DNA from: Ylistrum balloti
Taxonomy: Eukaryota
Length of the DNA stretch: 64,000 nucleotides
Direction of reading: 5' to 3'
Assembly: GCF_031769215.1 (NCBI RefSeq)
Contig: NW_026781918.1
Span: 558,001 to 622,000, forward strand
In this document: piece after piece, positions 23,791 to 38,000 of the stretch
How positions within the stretch are numbered: position 1 is the first letter of the stretch
How the letters are laid out: every line of letters begins with the position of its first letter
Translations under genes and position numbers: made by a program
Notes under the pieces: generated by a model
Databases searched by the model: none
Seen by the model: the letters and a program-made list of their open reading frames with translations, nothing else
Told to the model about the DNA's origin: nothing

Positions 23791-26700
23791 TCCCCCTGCA
23801 CCCCCGGAACTTTTCACCGCAACAATTTAGCACAAGCGAAGAAGTAATTTTAACTGATCTAAAGAGTGTTTCTGTAGAAGAAAAACTGACCAAAGACTGA
23901 CGCGCTCATTTGAAGATTAACATCACCCAACTTCACAGGCAGTACAATAAAGCGTTATGCACCCTTGGAATTCGTTTGATGTATATCAAAGGATCAAACA
24001 AGTCTTCTCGTCTTATACACAAGGTGCATCCTTTCCTTGTCTAAGAAAGGACCGGGGGCTGGTCACGAGGACAAACAATAAGAAAGACTTCTAGACAACA
24101 CTCAAGGAACGAAGCGAAGTTCACGTCTCGCTCTAACTGTTTGTAAAACGTGTCTATCCTGATGGATGATATTAAAGACACTTGAAAATCGTGGCTGTTG
24201 TCAATATTTCGACATGAACATGTGTCGATATGTTCTAGTGTCAGTATTTTTTCAATAAGAATCATTTTTAAGTCGGTCGAGTTCAGATTGAACTACCAAA
24301 TGAATACTATTATTTTTATTTAAAAAAAAAAGTTCTTTTTAGAATACCCGGAATTCTTTCTCACCTATGTACGATTTAGCACCAGTACTACAAGCATATA
24401 GCCATACGTGGACATAGTCATAATTTATAGAGGGGTTATCATACCAAGTGATGCCCTGCCGAACCTAAAAAACTAAGTAATTAGGAATACAGTATAATTA
24501 TACCATGGTAATGTCTACAGCACAGACGCGTCATGTCGTTTCTTAACAAAACTTCATACCCAAGACGTCACCAAATGTTTAGGAAAAAGTAAGTTTAACA
24601 CGTTTCTCTGAACTATATGTATCACTCTTGCTCAATGTTAACTTTTGTCACACTACAGGTGAATTTTTTTCACGTTTTGCAGATTGCCCAATGCTACAAG
24701 GAACTGACAACTCTGTTTCGTAACTTGCATTTTTCTTTGGCATTTCGGAACTCGTTCTAAGAGTAACATTTTAAGTGTTGATTATTGACGTAAACCTTGT
24801 ACGTTTTCACTCCTTCAATGAAAAGTTATGAAAACAAAACGGCCTTGTGCGGTATGAAGATTTTTCAATGCCCGTTAGTGTGCTTGGTGATTTTGTTGTG
24901 GTTAAAATTGTTCTCATTTGAGGACGCGGCATTATTTGGACTGACCTTTATTTACATGACTGTTGTCGTCGATGAAGCCAAAGACGCTTGCTCTTTGACC
25001 TTTTTTCCAGAGTTTCAATGTATATCTATTTGTATTTGCCTTCGTTTCAGCGAGTTTGAGTACGCATTTTGTTGGCATATTTTGTTGTTTTGAGGAAGCC
25101 ACTGACGTGTAGATGTTTACTTTTTACTCACAGATAAAGATGAGCTTATTTAGAATACTGTTTCCACCATAACTTTGAATATACTCAACACCCGACTTTT
25201 TATTCCACAGAATATACTTCAGTGGTAAACAAGTGTTCATGTTGGTGCCTGGTGTAGGAAGGATTGTATAATGTTTTCATAACATAGGAGTAGATTATGC
25301 TGAAACTAGTCCCTTTTATTTTTTTTTTTTGCAAACTGCATCGTGTTGAGCTATTGACAACTAGTACAACCTTATTTACTGATCATCATGTTTTATTTCT
25401 TGAAAGGTTTAAAACAAAATAAACATTGACAATTTCACAGGTAAATAACACTGTTGACAATAAACTCGTGTTTCCTTGTTAAAATCTCCTTTATTTTCCG
25501 TAGGAAATTTGAAATACAATTAACTTTAACTATCTTTTCTTTGTTATAAACACAAATGTTAGGTGTAAATCTGATATAACACAATCTTTTGTAAGGAACT
25601 TATAAATCTACAAAACTGTCATAACTTTGAGAAGCCAAAGTGCTTTGAATGCGTTCTATATCATGTTAAACAAAACGTAAAACACGATTTTCACGAACAA
25701 CAAAATAAAAAAAAAAACAAATAAAAAAAAGACAAGTTTTTAATTTAACTTAAAAAATAATAAGGCAACCTTTCTAATTTTCAACTAATTTCATATCAAC
25801 ACAGTAAGCTTGAAAAAAAAACTACTTGTGAAAATAACTTCATTGTGAATCAAACGATAGATTATTTATGAAAAGAAAAACGGATGAAAATGATTATTGT
25901 TTCAGGAAACAATTCAAAATAAAGAGTGGAATCGCTTTCTCTGTTCTGCTTTACTAAATGGCAAGAAATTCAAAAACATTGTTTTGATTATTGGTTCGGG
26001 TTTAACAAAGAGCATGCTTTGAGAGGAGATCGTTTGAAGTGGGAGACATTATATTTTGAATGGATAAAGTGATTATCACGCAACAGATTCGGTGACCAAG
26101 ATACATAATTGCATTGTTAGGTTGAACTTTATCTGATTAATGATTAATTACACAACCCTCATGTGAGTCTTAACTGACTTACAACGCCTACGCAAATGGA
26201 CAGGTACTGATTTACCTACGCAAGTATATTTGTGAATGAATACCTTGAACGAGATAACTACATGATCTAATCCATCTGCCAGGTGACAATAAAATCTGTT
26301 TAAATCATAAAAATTACCGTTATGGTTTTCTAATAAAATTAAGCAAATTCAATATAAAACGAGACAACTTGGTACCATACTTAAACAATGTCTATATAAA
26401 AAAGTTTTTAAAAAGTCTTAACGCAACCTAAGTTCCATTATAATATACAATAATATACATGTTTAACGTTGTTCCCGTCAGAATATAAAATAAGAACGCT
26501 GCATCATATATACCTTGCTTTTTACATCAGTAGAATACATTTAAATACAAACCAATGAAAGGAAATGTATCAGTACACTGGCTACATCAATGAAATACGA
26601 ACATAAATCAACAGCCAAGAACTGGAACAGTTTAAATAGTGTTCTCAATGTGCAAGCTAGAACGCTTCACATGGGAGACGTTTTAGGGCAACTGAAAATT

Positions 26701-28348
26701 TGCATCAAATCTGGTTAACCTTCATGCTTTCTGTGAATTTGGTTTACCGTAAAGTACTTTGAGAATTTATTTTATCTAAATACATTTCAAGAACTCGGTT
26801 TATCCGAATGTAATTTGGTTTATTTTGATGGATTTTGTTGTTTAATTACGTTTACCACAAATGTATATCTGACCATGAAAGGAAATGGAATTTGATGATG
26901 TTGAAATATTTTAACATTGGATAATATTTCATGTTTGCTCACATTGTTTACAGTTTATAGTCTTCTCTGTGTACGTTTCAATTTTCAATATTTGTAAACA
27001 TCCTCAATCAATTGTTTATGTTTTGAATACTATTTGTATTGTTTCTATATTCTAACAATAATCAACACATAAGTGTAGCATAATTGTAGCTGTATGATCC
27101 TACTTTGTGTTTGATTTTAATTTATGCATTTTTGATATTATTTACATTTTCACTATCGTACATTTTATATTTATGTTAAGAATGTAATAATAAAAATTTT
27201 ACGCGTTGATTTTTCGGTATGTGACCTGTCGTGTATGCTGTGTTGACAAAGTTAAAATGTGACTGTGTTAGACATGATTAGAGATCAGGATGTCAACATT
27301 AATTGCTATATAAAAATTCCGTATGAAAGATGTTTTGCATATTGTGTATATGATACATTGAAGATAAACAACAACAATTGTACTGATATGCACTAAAGAT
27401 GTTCTCAACACTGAGAAAATATTAGTCTACATACAACATTGAAGGTCAACATACCTAAAGGACTGAAATTGTTGATAAACAACATCAGATCTTGTAAATA
27501 TATTACACCAATTAAACAAAAGATCGATTAATTCTGAAATACAGTTGTGGTTTACTTTAATATTGAATAATACATGCAGGTCAATACCCTGTTCCATTAA
27601 ACGTTAGTTTTCATAGCCTTAAAACATTCTTTGGATTTTTATAATAATGCATTTGTTGTAATATCATATCCTTCGTTGTCAATTGTCGTACCCTTTTAAG
27701 TCTTTAACCGCCGCCACGAACGAAATGAAATAGTAAGAAACCTAAGATTTTAGAAAGTTTTGTTCAAATTTATCCATACACATTATAAAAACTGATACAG
27801 TTTTGATTGTCATTTTCTACAAATACTGTTTCATGGTTATCATGAAAGACATTTTTCTTTTAATGATCGCATATTTCATCGAAGCATTTTCATTTAAACA
27901 CAATACGAATATTTGGTAAAGGAATATGAGGACAAAAACCTCCAATAACATGACATGTTTGCTACACTAAATAAAAACACAACTAAAACGATTAAGTATT
28001 TGTTCTCATACACCTGGAATAAAACAATAATTCTATATCAATCACAGGTTCACTATGTTGTGCTTTCGTAGTGACATTATAAGCTTTAGCTTTGTGACTA
28101 CACAACATTCTGTGAATGTTCTTGTGCTATACTACACATATTCATGTTGCTATTATATTACATGAAATGGCAATCGTGTCACTCCACTGAACACATTTAA
28201 CTCCCTTACCGGCGCTTGGTATGCCCCTCATCAGGTACTCGCCTTCTGGTAAGGTTTTAAATCACAAATGACAATTGACGCAGACGGTGTGTAGAGGACA
28301 TTTCATCCAAAACCACTGATAGTAAAGAAACAAAGGAGCGCAAATACG

Positions 28349-28354
28349 TTTATT
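28349..28354 (-). terminator. Probable polyadenylation signal of the SLC6 gene
   Basis: AATAAA on the minus strand ~470 nt after the stop, followed by a U-rich tract. Confidence 0.4.
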
Positions 28355-28826
28355 TAAATGAAATATTTAAATGTGATGTTATAGTCTTATTTTATACAGA
28401 TATTGCCAAACGAACGATTTCAAAATTATAAACTACAACAAATAACGATATTCGAATGTCCATATTTTTTTAACCATTTCTGGAAAAGGGGAAAATTGGT
28501 GAATTGTTCTCATTAACACCGTCTTTTGTAACAGCTCCAGGATGTTCTCTAGCAGCTGCGTTTAACGTATTGGGCTGGAATGTCCACTCTACCATAGTCA
28601 TGGCTACATCCACGGTGTATGTGGATGATAAATTCAATTAGTCGTTTTTAAGTTTATATTAAGTATACCAATTACAGCTACACTGGTTATCAGCCTGTGG
28701 CTCGTAACCAGTGCTGAAATATTTCAAAATTGATTTAACGTTGAATCGAGAACTAAGTCGAGATTTGTTATCTACATATAAAGAATAACGACCCCGTGTT
28801 GACAGCGTGGGGCCAGTGTGTTGCTT

Positions 28827-29018
28827 CTATAGCTTGTTTCCTGTTTTATCAAAATTTACACTTCCACTACTAGAGGCATATGTAGGCAGGAGATTGTCCC
28901 TTGGCGAGGAGGTTTCTTTGATATTCAGGTGATTGGTAATACATTTTATTTTACTTAGGTCTTCCCCGTCACGTATCTGATTTTCCTTCAGCTGTGGTGT
29001 TGTGCACGCAATGAATCT
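28827..29018 (-). CDS. SLC6 coding exon 13 (C-terminus, stop)
   Basis: Acceptor ttttgtttccAG; [21 protein letters not shown]...FDKTGNKL* (64 codons, TAG at 28829-28827). Confidence 0.85.
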   Translation of the reverse strand, partial: RFIACTTPQLKENQIRDGEDLSKIKCITNHLNIKETSSPRDNLLPTYASSSGSVNFDKTGNKL

Positions 29019-32000
29019 CTGGAAACAAAAGCAAACTCTTGCATTATGTTGTATAATATATATGTATTGCCATATATGTCTTTGGGCTCTTAGTTGAAAT
29101 TTGTGTTTCAGTGTATGCTATTTTATCGCAATTAAAGTCGTAATATTTACAGGCTGTTACTATGGAGTTTGATATTTAACAAATACATTTGGAATAAGAG
29201 TGCAGGAAAAAACCTACTGGTTAATGGAAACGGATTTTGTTCCATATTACACGTATCCTACCTGTTGTATCGTGCCATCAGCATCATAAAGACGCTTAAC
29301 CATAATGATTGGAATCCAGACGACAGATATCATAGCAAGCATCCAACCGATGCCGATTGCCCATGATGGATAGTTGTATGTTATGTGCTTCCTCTTATAG
29401 TCTAATTCAGAGTAACTGACGGCTCCCATGATGAAGATGCTCTGTCATAACCAGAAAAAAAAATTGTTTCACATTACGAACTGAGTAGAGATATAATCAT
29501 CGAACTGAATATGGAAGACTAACACATTTAAAACATAGTTACTAAGTCTTAGTGGTCCCAGAAAGAAAGATATTTGTTTCAAAATTTTCAAACTTTTCTG
29601 CTAATAATAATCAAAATTTGAAACCAACATCACCACCAAACAACTTTAATGTATGACAAACGTGACTTTTCTTTTTTCCCCGACTATATTTTCTTTGCTT
29701 GATTAAACACGCCAAAATTCTTTCATTCAAAGTGATCATATATAAATTGAACTTTCACCTAGAAAAATTAGATGTTTTTGGATAATAAGACTCCGTTATA
29801 GATATCAAGTTCTCACGGACGGAAATAATATGGACAATTTTTTCTGCTAATGCTAATTCCAGTCTTCATGACATATTGTAAATACTGTTTATACCTATCT
29901 ATGTCCTTTGGTTATCTATTTTTGACTTTGAACTTCTGTTTTTTGTTGTTCTTTTACTGAGTTTTTCTCGGTTAAATACTCTTCGACAATAGTTAGTTTG
30001 AATCACTGTTTTATTTCACTTTGGTATTCTTTTGTTATTCCACTAAACTTACCATTGTAAATGCAGGTGTGATGAACATCCAGACAACTTTGGTCCATGA
30101 TGGTAATCCGAACCCAAACATCATCTTTATGTTGTCATAGAATCGATCAATGCCTGTTAAATACAATAAAAAAAGATGCTTATAAAAGCAAACACGTCCT
30201 CCGACAATGGTATCATATTATATCTACACACAAGTACGAATATTTCCTATATTTCTGCTTCTATCAAGGTCTACTTAAATAGTGTTATATACTTACCCCG
30301 TGCGAAGAGATTTGGTCTAAATGAAATAATAACATTTTAGTTATTTATCATGCAATATCTGGTCCCCAATATCGACCAATAACGAGAGAAATCTACATGC
30401 ACGTGAATTATAAAAAAGCACTGATCATCGTTTAAAAACATTTGTAAAAACGCGAAATATCCTTTGTAGTGATAATATATATATATTGTACAGTAGCTAA
30501 ATGTAGTACTTATTACAAATGTGTTTCCCTATTTATCCGATACAAAACTAATTCAAAACCGTAAGAAGCATGATGTTGCATAACATGAAGAAACGAGTAG
30601 TTCAGTACAAACTTTATTGTAATTGTGTTCATAAAAAAATGCACACATAAACATATAATATGCACACAGAGATATGTATAAAGTCATGTTAGGTTTTCAA
30701 ATTTCTCCCAAACACACAAAAAAAAAATAAAATAAAATGAAAAATAGGAACGTAGTTTACTGATTACATGAAATTGCAATTGAATGATACCATACGTTAT
30801 AATTACATATTTACAGAAATCATTAGATTTATTAGTAAATGAATAATGATGATAATCCATCAAGCCAACGACGTCATAAATTTAAATAATGTCAAGGTGA
30901 TATTTAGCAAGTGCGAGTTAACATTAGTTGGGTGGATAAAACAGCTTTTCACCAGTTCCCTTAGGGGTAACATGTTCAATGCATGGGTTACCCCCGCTGA
31001 ATCAAAGTGGTGCGGCCATTCAGTCAACATTACTGAAGTTCGAACATACTTAACAATAGCAACAACACAGACAGCACTGGCCTGTACCGAGTGGCGTTAT
31101 TACCGATGGATATTATAGGGAGAATCTAAACATCCATTTAAACGTTTCACTGATTATACACCGCGTGTATTTAAGAAAAAAAAACCTTTTTATCCTGAGT
31201 AATTACACCTCGTCAATTATCTGTGCAATAACCAGTACAAAAATAGCATAGTTAATTAGAAAGAAATGTCAATTTTATTACAAAGAAAGTTTCATCCACT
31301 GTAAAACGTCTCGTTCAATATAAATTTAATACGCATTAAGTCCAGTAGCAGTAGCAGTTGTATGATTAAGGGAGTATTAAGTGTAGACTGTAATAGGAGT
31401 TTAGAATTATCAGACAATATGTGAATCGGCTTTACAAACTCTGGAGGCGAAAATCCAAAGTATTAGGCACTTCATGACAGCGTGTAAATGATAATAAAAA
31501 AATCAATATTGTGCCAATCAACACTGTGATATAATTAGGTAAAAGAGTCCTAATTGTAGTTAGTAAAGCAATGGCTACCCATGTTCGTCGTTAGTACATC
31601 AAATTCTGCAGAAATTGGGTTCTTTGGAACATTCTTGGCTCAATTGTTTCCGTGTTAATACTAACCCTGAGAGGCTCACTTGTCTATAGGCGAAATGGGT
31701 AAACAAAGAGGAACCTAACAGGCACGACGGCAGGCGAAATGGGGAATTGTTTTGGGGCCAAAAATAGATGGTGCCGTCATTGTTTGGGAGATCCATGTGG
31801 TTAATGCTTTGTTGTCATCAATACAACAGAACAAAAGCTGATATTAGTATTTTGACTTAAGATGGTATTTCTTAACACTCATTGAATTTTCAAAGAATTC
31901 AAATATTGCTTTTGGAAAGCTGTTTTTGAATAGTAAGAATGTTGCTTTATTTCTTTGGCATGCCACACACATTGTTTTAACCAAATGAATCTCCTAGGGG

Positions 32001-35000
32001 TACAACATACCGTAGATGTAAGCTACCACGATGCACTCGAAGAAGGCAACAACGAGAACAATTCGGCTCGCAGAGTAGTAGTCGAATAACTGAAATACAT
32101 ACATTCCGCCCTGTGGGACGGAGTCATCCTTTAGTTAAACACAACATAAATATTTCATGTATCTTTATCTTTTATTCTATGTTCGCCTAATAGTCCGCTA
32201 GCATTTCCGCACAGAGCAGATTAGTATTTAACGATATTGTGTACCACTGCGCCAATACGCCATTATCTATAGCGTACCAGACTCCCCATATTGCGCCTAT
32301 CGCGTATAAGTAGAATTCCCATCCCTAGTATTTCCCTATTCAAAAACTGGTAAATCCCTTCCCCATCCCCCTATGCTACACTATGTATGCACCATAAGTA
32401 ATAATGTCTAACAAAAGCACTATAACCCTTGAGATAATGATTGAGTACATGCAAACAAAGTACGTCGTTTTCTTACCTCTGTCACCATGGACAAGCCGAT
32501 GAAGAAACATATAACACAAACAATGGCAATAAATATTTCTCTCCTCCGACCGACCCTTAGATGTTGTGGATAACCGTCCACTACGGCGGTCACAAAACCT
32601 TCCACACCTACAAACTGTAAACAGAATCATGATGAAATTAGTGAGATTTCAAAGAAATTTCAAAGATAACAAATCATATTCTGGATTTGGTCCATATATC
32701 TAATTCAGATATTGCTCCATTTTCCCATTTAGTTTTCGTTAAAGCATATCATAACAATCTTAGGATGGACAAGGTTTGGTTAAAATGTTTAATTTCGAAA
32801 ACGCAGCTTTAATTTTCTTTCCACATTTACCGAGTGGATTCACAAAGACGTTGTTATCTTCCCCAGGCTCATAAGACATATTAAGGCCACATTAAGAATA
32901 AAAGGGAAATGACTTATTGACATTGTCATTTAATATTTACATACCTGACTATCTAGACCCAACAACAGTACCATTGCAAAGAAAAGAACAGCCCAAAGGG
33001 GCGCGACTGGCATCTGTCTGACTGCCTCCGGGTATGCGATGAACGCCAATCCAGGTCCTAAATAATAATTAAAAAACACATGAATTTATGTACTGTACAT
33101 ATGTGCTAAAAAACCCAATTTTATTTTATTTTCATTCTTAGCAGCTTGTTCATGGCTTACTAGCAATGACTTGCACGGTTCCGAATGTTTCGTAATGAGA
33201 TTAAAATAAAAATGTAGACGGTGATTGTGCTTTTATTAAATTATCGTTGCTATTCTACTGGAATGAGAAGATACATAAGGTATACACAAAACACTGCTCA
33301 AATCCTTTCTGAAGCTTGAATGACATAAAACGCTTCTTCACTATTCAAAACCTATGGCACTGTATGGTGTATGTAAAACAAATTTGAAATATGTTTTGTT
33401 ATGAGCACAGTTATCGAAAAAGTAACCGTTCTTATACTTAATTCTGCCGAATTATATTTTCGACCATATCATAATAATACACAAAATAGTATTGTGTATG
33501 TTTTTACTGCCAGAGAGTTGTCTCTCTTGAATTGGAGATATCTTGCTCACCGGATTCGGCAACCTTATCCACAGTCGTGCCTTGCTGTTTAGCCATGAAA
33601 CCCAAGACGGAAAATATAACAAATCCCGCCAACACGCTTGTGAAGCTGTTGACTGCAGCAAAGCCAATGCTGTCCCTGCAAAATACACACATTTTCCTCA
33701 TGATCTTATGCTATTCCTCAATAGGTCAGAAAAAATTTATGAAGGTGTGATGCAAAAAACCAAATGCATGTAATTTTTTACCTAAAAGAATTGTGATGGA
33801 ATCTGTTGTAACTTCCCAAGGCTGTTAGAGTTCCCAAACTGATGGAGTAGCTGAAGAATATTTGAGTTCCTGCGTCCACCCACACCTGTAGCAAAATGAA
33901 ATTAGAAAAAAAATGTACGGTAATTCATCACAGAGAACAAAATTTCATCACATTTTCCATATTTCATTGCATATTTCAATTTTTCGCATTATTATTAATT
34001 GCTGCGTTTAGCGATTTCAAAGGATGTTGATTTTCAACTAACATCAGTTTCTACATTTAGTTTAAGGGGGATATACCCTTGTGGTTGTATGTGATCTAGT
34101 ACTGTATAGAGTGACTGAAGGTTGAATGGTAGAAAATTAATGTAATGTTTATAAAGTTTTGGAATGTGACGATTCACTAACATATACAATTCGCAGAGGC
34201 AATCAAGTCTCAGAGAGTGGTTAGTGAAAGGCATGAAAAATAAATACCAGATGACTGGACATGCACTTGCGATTTATGAGAAACTGAGCTTAACGCAAAA
34301 CATTCAGCTTCTCATATCTCAGAGATCCTCCACCGCAAAATGTGGTAGGTATTTTATAAGTGACAGATGCACTGGGATGTACACTCTGTGACCCAAGTAT
34401 ATACAAAGTTTGGTTTCAGTTAGATTTTGTGATGCAATAATGAAATGTTAAATATGCCACCGCCGTCGAAAAAGTAACAGCTGTCTATCTTTCAGGAGAC
34501 AAAAATCATTCATACACGGCAATAAATTACTTAGATGAATAGAGGTCTTTCATATAAATATTAATGCACATCGTAGATTCAGAAGCCTTTTCAAGTAATG
34601 TCTATATACATATATATACATACATGTCTTATTTACATGTATATGTATGTCTATACATTGTATATTTATATGACTTATTTATATTTACGTTTATACAGAT
34701 GTCTGTACAATGTATATTTATATATCTTATTTAAATTTACGTTTATACAGATGTCTGTACAATGTATATTTATATATCTTATTTAAATTTACGTTTATAC
34801 AGATGTCTGTACAATGTATATTTATATATCTTATTTAAATTTACATTTATACAGATGTCTGTACAATGTATATTTATATGACTTATTTATAATTACGTTT
34901 ATACAGATTTTTTGTACATTTTAGATGTGTATGCTTTATTGAAATGTATATTTACACATGCCTGTATACTGCGGATTTTCATGTCTTATTTACATGTATA

Positions 35001-38000
35001 CATATGTCTATATATTCTTTATTTATGTGCAATCTTTAGATATAAATTTATACATATGGCTGCACATAGCAGATTTTTTTTTACATGATAGATATGATTA
35101 TACCTAGTATATTTATATTACATCAATTATACTTACATTTTTAATTATGTCTGTACGTCGTATTTTTATTTGCCTTATTTATATTTAAATTTATACAGAT
35201 GTCTGTACGTTGTAAGTCACTAGAATGATTATTATTCATGAACTGTAAAGTCAGTAAGAGACATTTGGCGAGATAAGAGTTTTTGTACGTTTGGTTTTAG
35301 AAATTTTCAGGGATGGTCTATATGTTGTCATGATGACCTTGTTTAAACACAAGACGGCATGAAACCAAATTTGTAAATGTGGTGAAGTCCGGATGACGTT
35401 CTTAGTCTGAACTGAAATATGTTCAAAGCTAACACCCGAGTTTCATATATGTAACGGCGACACTGTTTTTGACCTCATAATTTGAGAAGTGTGAACTTAT
35501 ATAACTCATGTGGGTTGAAAATCGAACCAGAGATGGGATTCACGGCACTTCGCCGTGATGGTAAGATTATGAATATACCCTTACATTGAATCGGTGTGAG
35601 TCAACATTCTTTATCCGTTATCCGCCATGTTTCATCCTAATAACTTCTACACTAGCATTGCGGGGGCTACCGAAGAGCTGTATCCGTTATATTTAGCATA
35701 AACACTATACTGCGATTGATGGGGATCAGTGCAGCCTGACATCAGCTTTTGTTACCATCGCATCTTAACCGCAATTGATTGGTTTCCATACCAACGACTC
35801 GTATAGACGACAACCCAAATCGGCGCGCCCCATCAAATTTGTTTTTCCTAATCTCAAATAATCTTGAATCGCGTTCGCGCTGAGTTTATGGAAAATCGAT
35901 ACATTTCAGACAGATTCTGACCCGACTAACGCCTTTTTGAGACCATTGTACTCATACACTGATGAACGTTGTCACTACGGAAATAAAATGGCTGAGTCCC
36001 CTTGAGACTACGAACCTAACATTAATGTGCAACATCGCATTCAGACGAGGTATGAAAACACCAGATACATCAGAATCAATCCAATGAATGCACTTGAACA
36101 ATATATCACACAATTGTCTCGTGGCCATGATTTCCTGATTAAACCATGTTCATGCATTACCAATGTAATAAAGTTATTCTGACTGGACTTTTTAAAAATA
36201 AGAATTTTAACGGGCTTCGTCCGCAGTCCAATGTTTTTTTTCATTTCGCAACAGGCTTTTAACATCGTAACATGCACATATAACACATTGTAAAATGATA
36301 GCATAAGTTTTCTTGCTACACAACAAAGATCAGAAAGATCGACGTTAATAATTGAAAGGTTGAGTATCCAAAAGAAGCGATACACAAACTGGGATTTTTT
36401 TTAGAGAAACTGCCAACAAATGAGCACCGAAGGCACTGAAAAAGCAGACAGGACAGGAAGTTATCATATCCTATCTCCTCAATGTCCCTTCATCAGAAGG
36501 CAAAGGAGAATATTCCTGATTCTCCTAAACATTCTAGAATCCCCTTATACTTTCAAGGAATATTCAAGATAATAATTAAGAGAAAATCGTACACCGCAAT
36601 CCAACACAAAACATTTATGCTATCTAATTTGTAGAAATTCAGCTAGATCCAGCATGATCCCGACCCTGATTGCGTCATAACACGATAGCATTTACGCAAT
36701 GCACTGTAAACAAATATCATGACTTGTTGGATCTCAATCAGTATGATTATATAGCTACATGTAATGTTTCATGAATTTCCGTATCTATTTGCTGCACAGA
36801 TTCAAACTTCAGATATTGTTTTTCCTTGTATTGACGCAGTACTTCTAGCTCTATTTTGGTGGTCGAAATTTGAATTGACCAGGGTATTTAAATCAAGTTT
36901 GTTTGAACGAACTGAGTTGACCACAGGAAAGATTTTTCGATGTTGACAACACATCGAACAATCATAATAAAGAGTTCTTAAAACGTACAGAACAGCTAGA
37001 AATTTACAGTTTGTGGGCATATCCCTTTAGCAGACGATGTAAGGCAAACCTTATTCTAGAATACTCAGACAACTAGTCGCCTCTTACGACATGCAGTGAA
37101 GTACAGACATGCTCTTTTTCTACTCAAGAACGGATTTTATTTATCAAGACTCTTTCATGTAGTTAAAGAAAAGGAATTAATGAATGACTATAACGCCATT
37201 TTCTTTTATTACAAAAATGAGCATCAGTGAAACTAATAAATGCTCCCCAAAAACAACTTTTAAAGGCAATAATTCCCTAAGGGGTTTTCGGACACTGAAT
37301 TTGGTACACTGCGCATCATTTTAGTATGTTCCATATCCAAACTTAAATGAAAAGGTTTGCTCCGAACACCAACATTCAACAAAGGACAATAACTCTGTAA
37401 ACTAAGGGGTTGATGCTAACCCTTGCTTAGTTTACTTCAATGCAAATACCGGTAATAACACTGACCTCCGAGAAGGGGTAAAGCCGAGCTTCTTTAATCG
37501 ATCTTTGATACACGTTTTTTCATGGCTAAATTCCATGGATTTGAAACAACAGATTTCAATACCGTAAACTGACACAACAAGATTGACAAAAAAGATAGCA
37601 AGAATAAAATACTGCAGTATATCATGAACCAAAGCTTGAAGGTGAATAAAATACCACAGTGGGATTGGCGCCATCATTGAATGATCTTTATTGCTTTATG
37701 CAAACTGATCATTTCTCTACCTTTTCCTTGTTACTCTCTTCTTCTTAATAATTTGAAAACATAGGAACATTATAGATAAAATATAAGAAAAATAGTTAAA
37801 ACGAATTTTCTGAGAAATAGTGACAACAAACATTAACTATCAAACTCCATTAGGGTCTGGAGTCAGCCATTTTTTGTTTTCTTGAGAAGACACACGATTG
37901 AATATGTACAAAATCAAGAAATATCGTTCATGTGGTTCTCCTGAAACAGCGATAACAAACGTCAGCTATCAAAGCCACTTTGGTCGTCTGTCTGTCATTT

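Noticed and set aside
28210-28315. Exon-like segment (good acceptor and donor, minus strand) reading MKCPLHTVCVNCHL-TGA-FKTLPEGEYLMRGIPSA, a possible selenocysteine read-through
   Set aside because: It resembles no selenoprotein I know, there is no downstream exon or SECIS, and the acceptor tract doubles as the U-rich element after the SLC6 polyA signal.
30964-30994. GGGGTAAC...GTTACCCC hairpin in SLC6 intron 10
   Set aside because: An isolated 8-bp stem with no associated element end; this is expected by chance at this scale.
10889-35990. Hammerhead-ribozyme-like CTGATGA...GAAA pairs (e.g. near 10890 and 35960)
   Set aside because: Stem II is not properly closed and no compatible stems I/III or NUH site are present.
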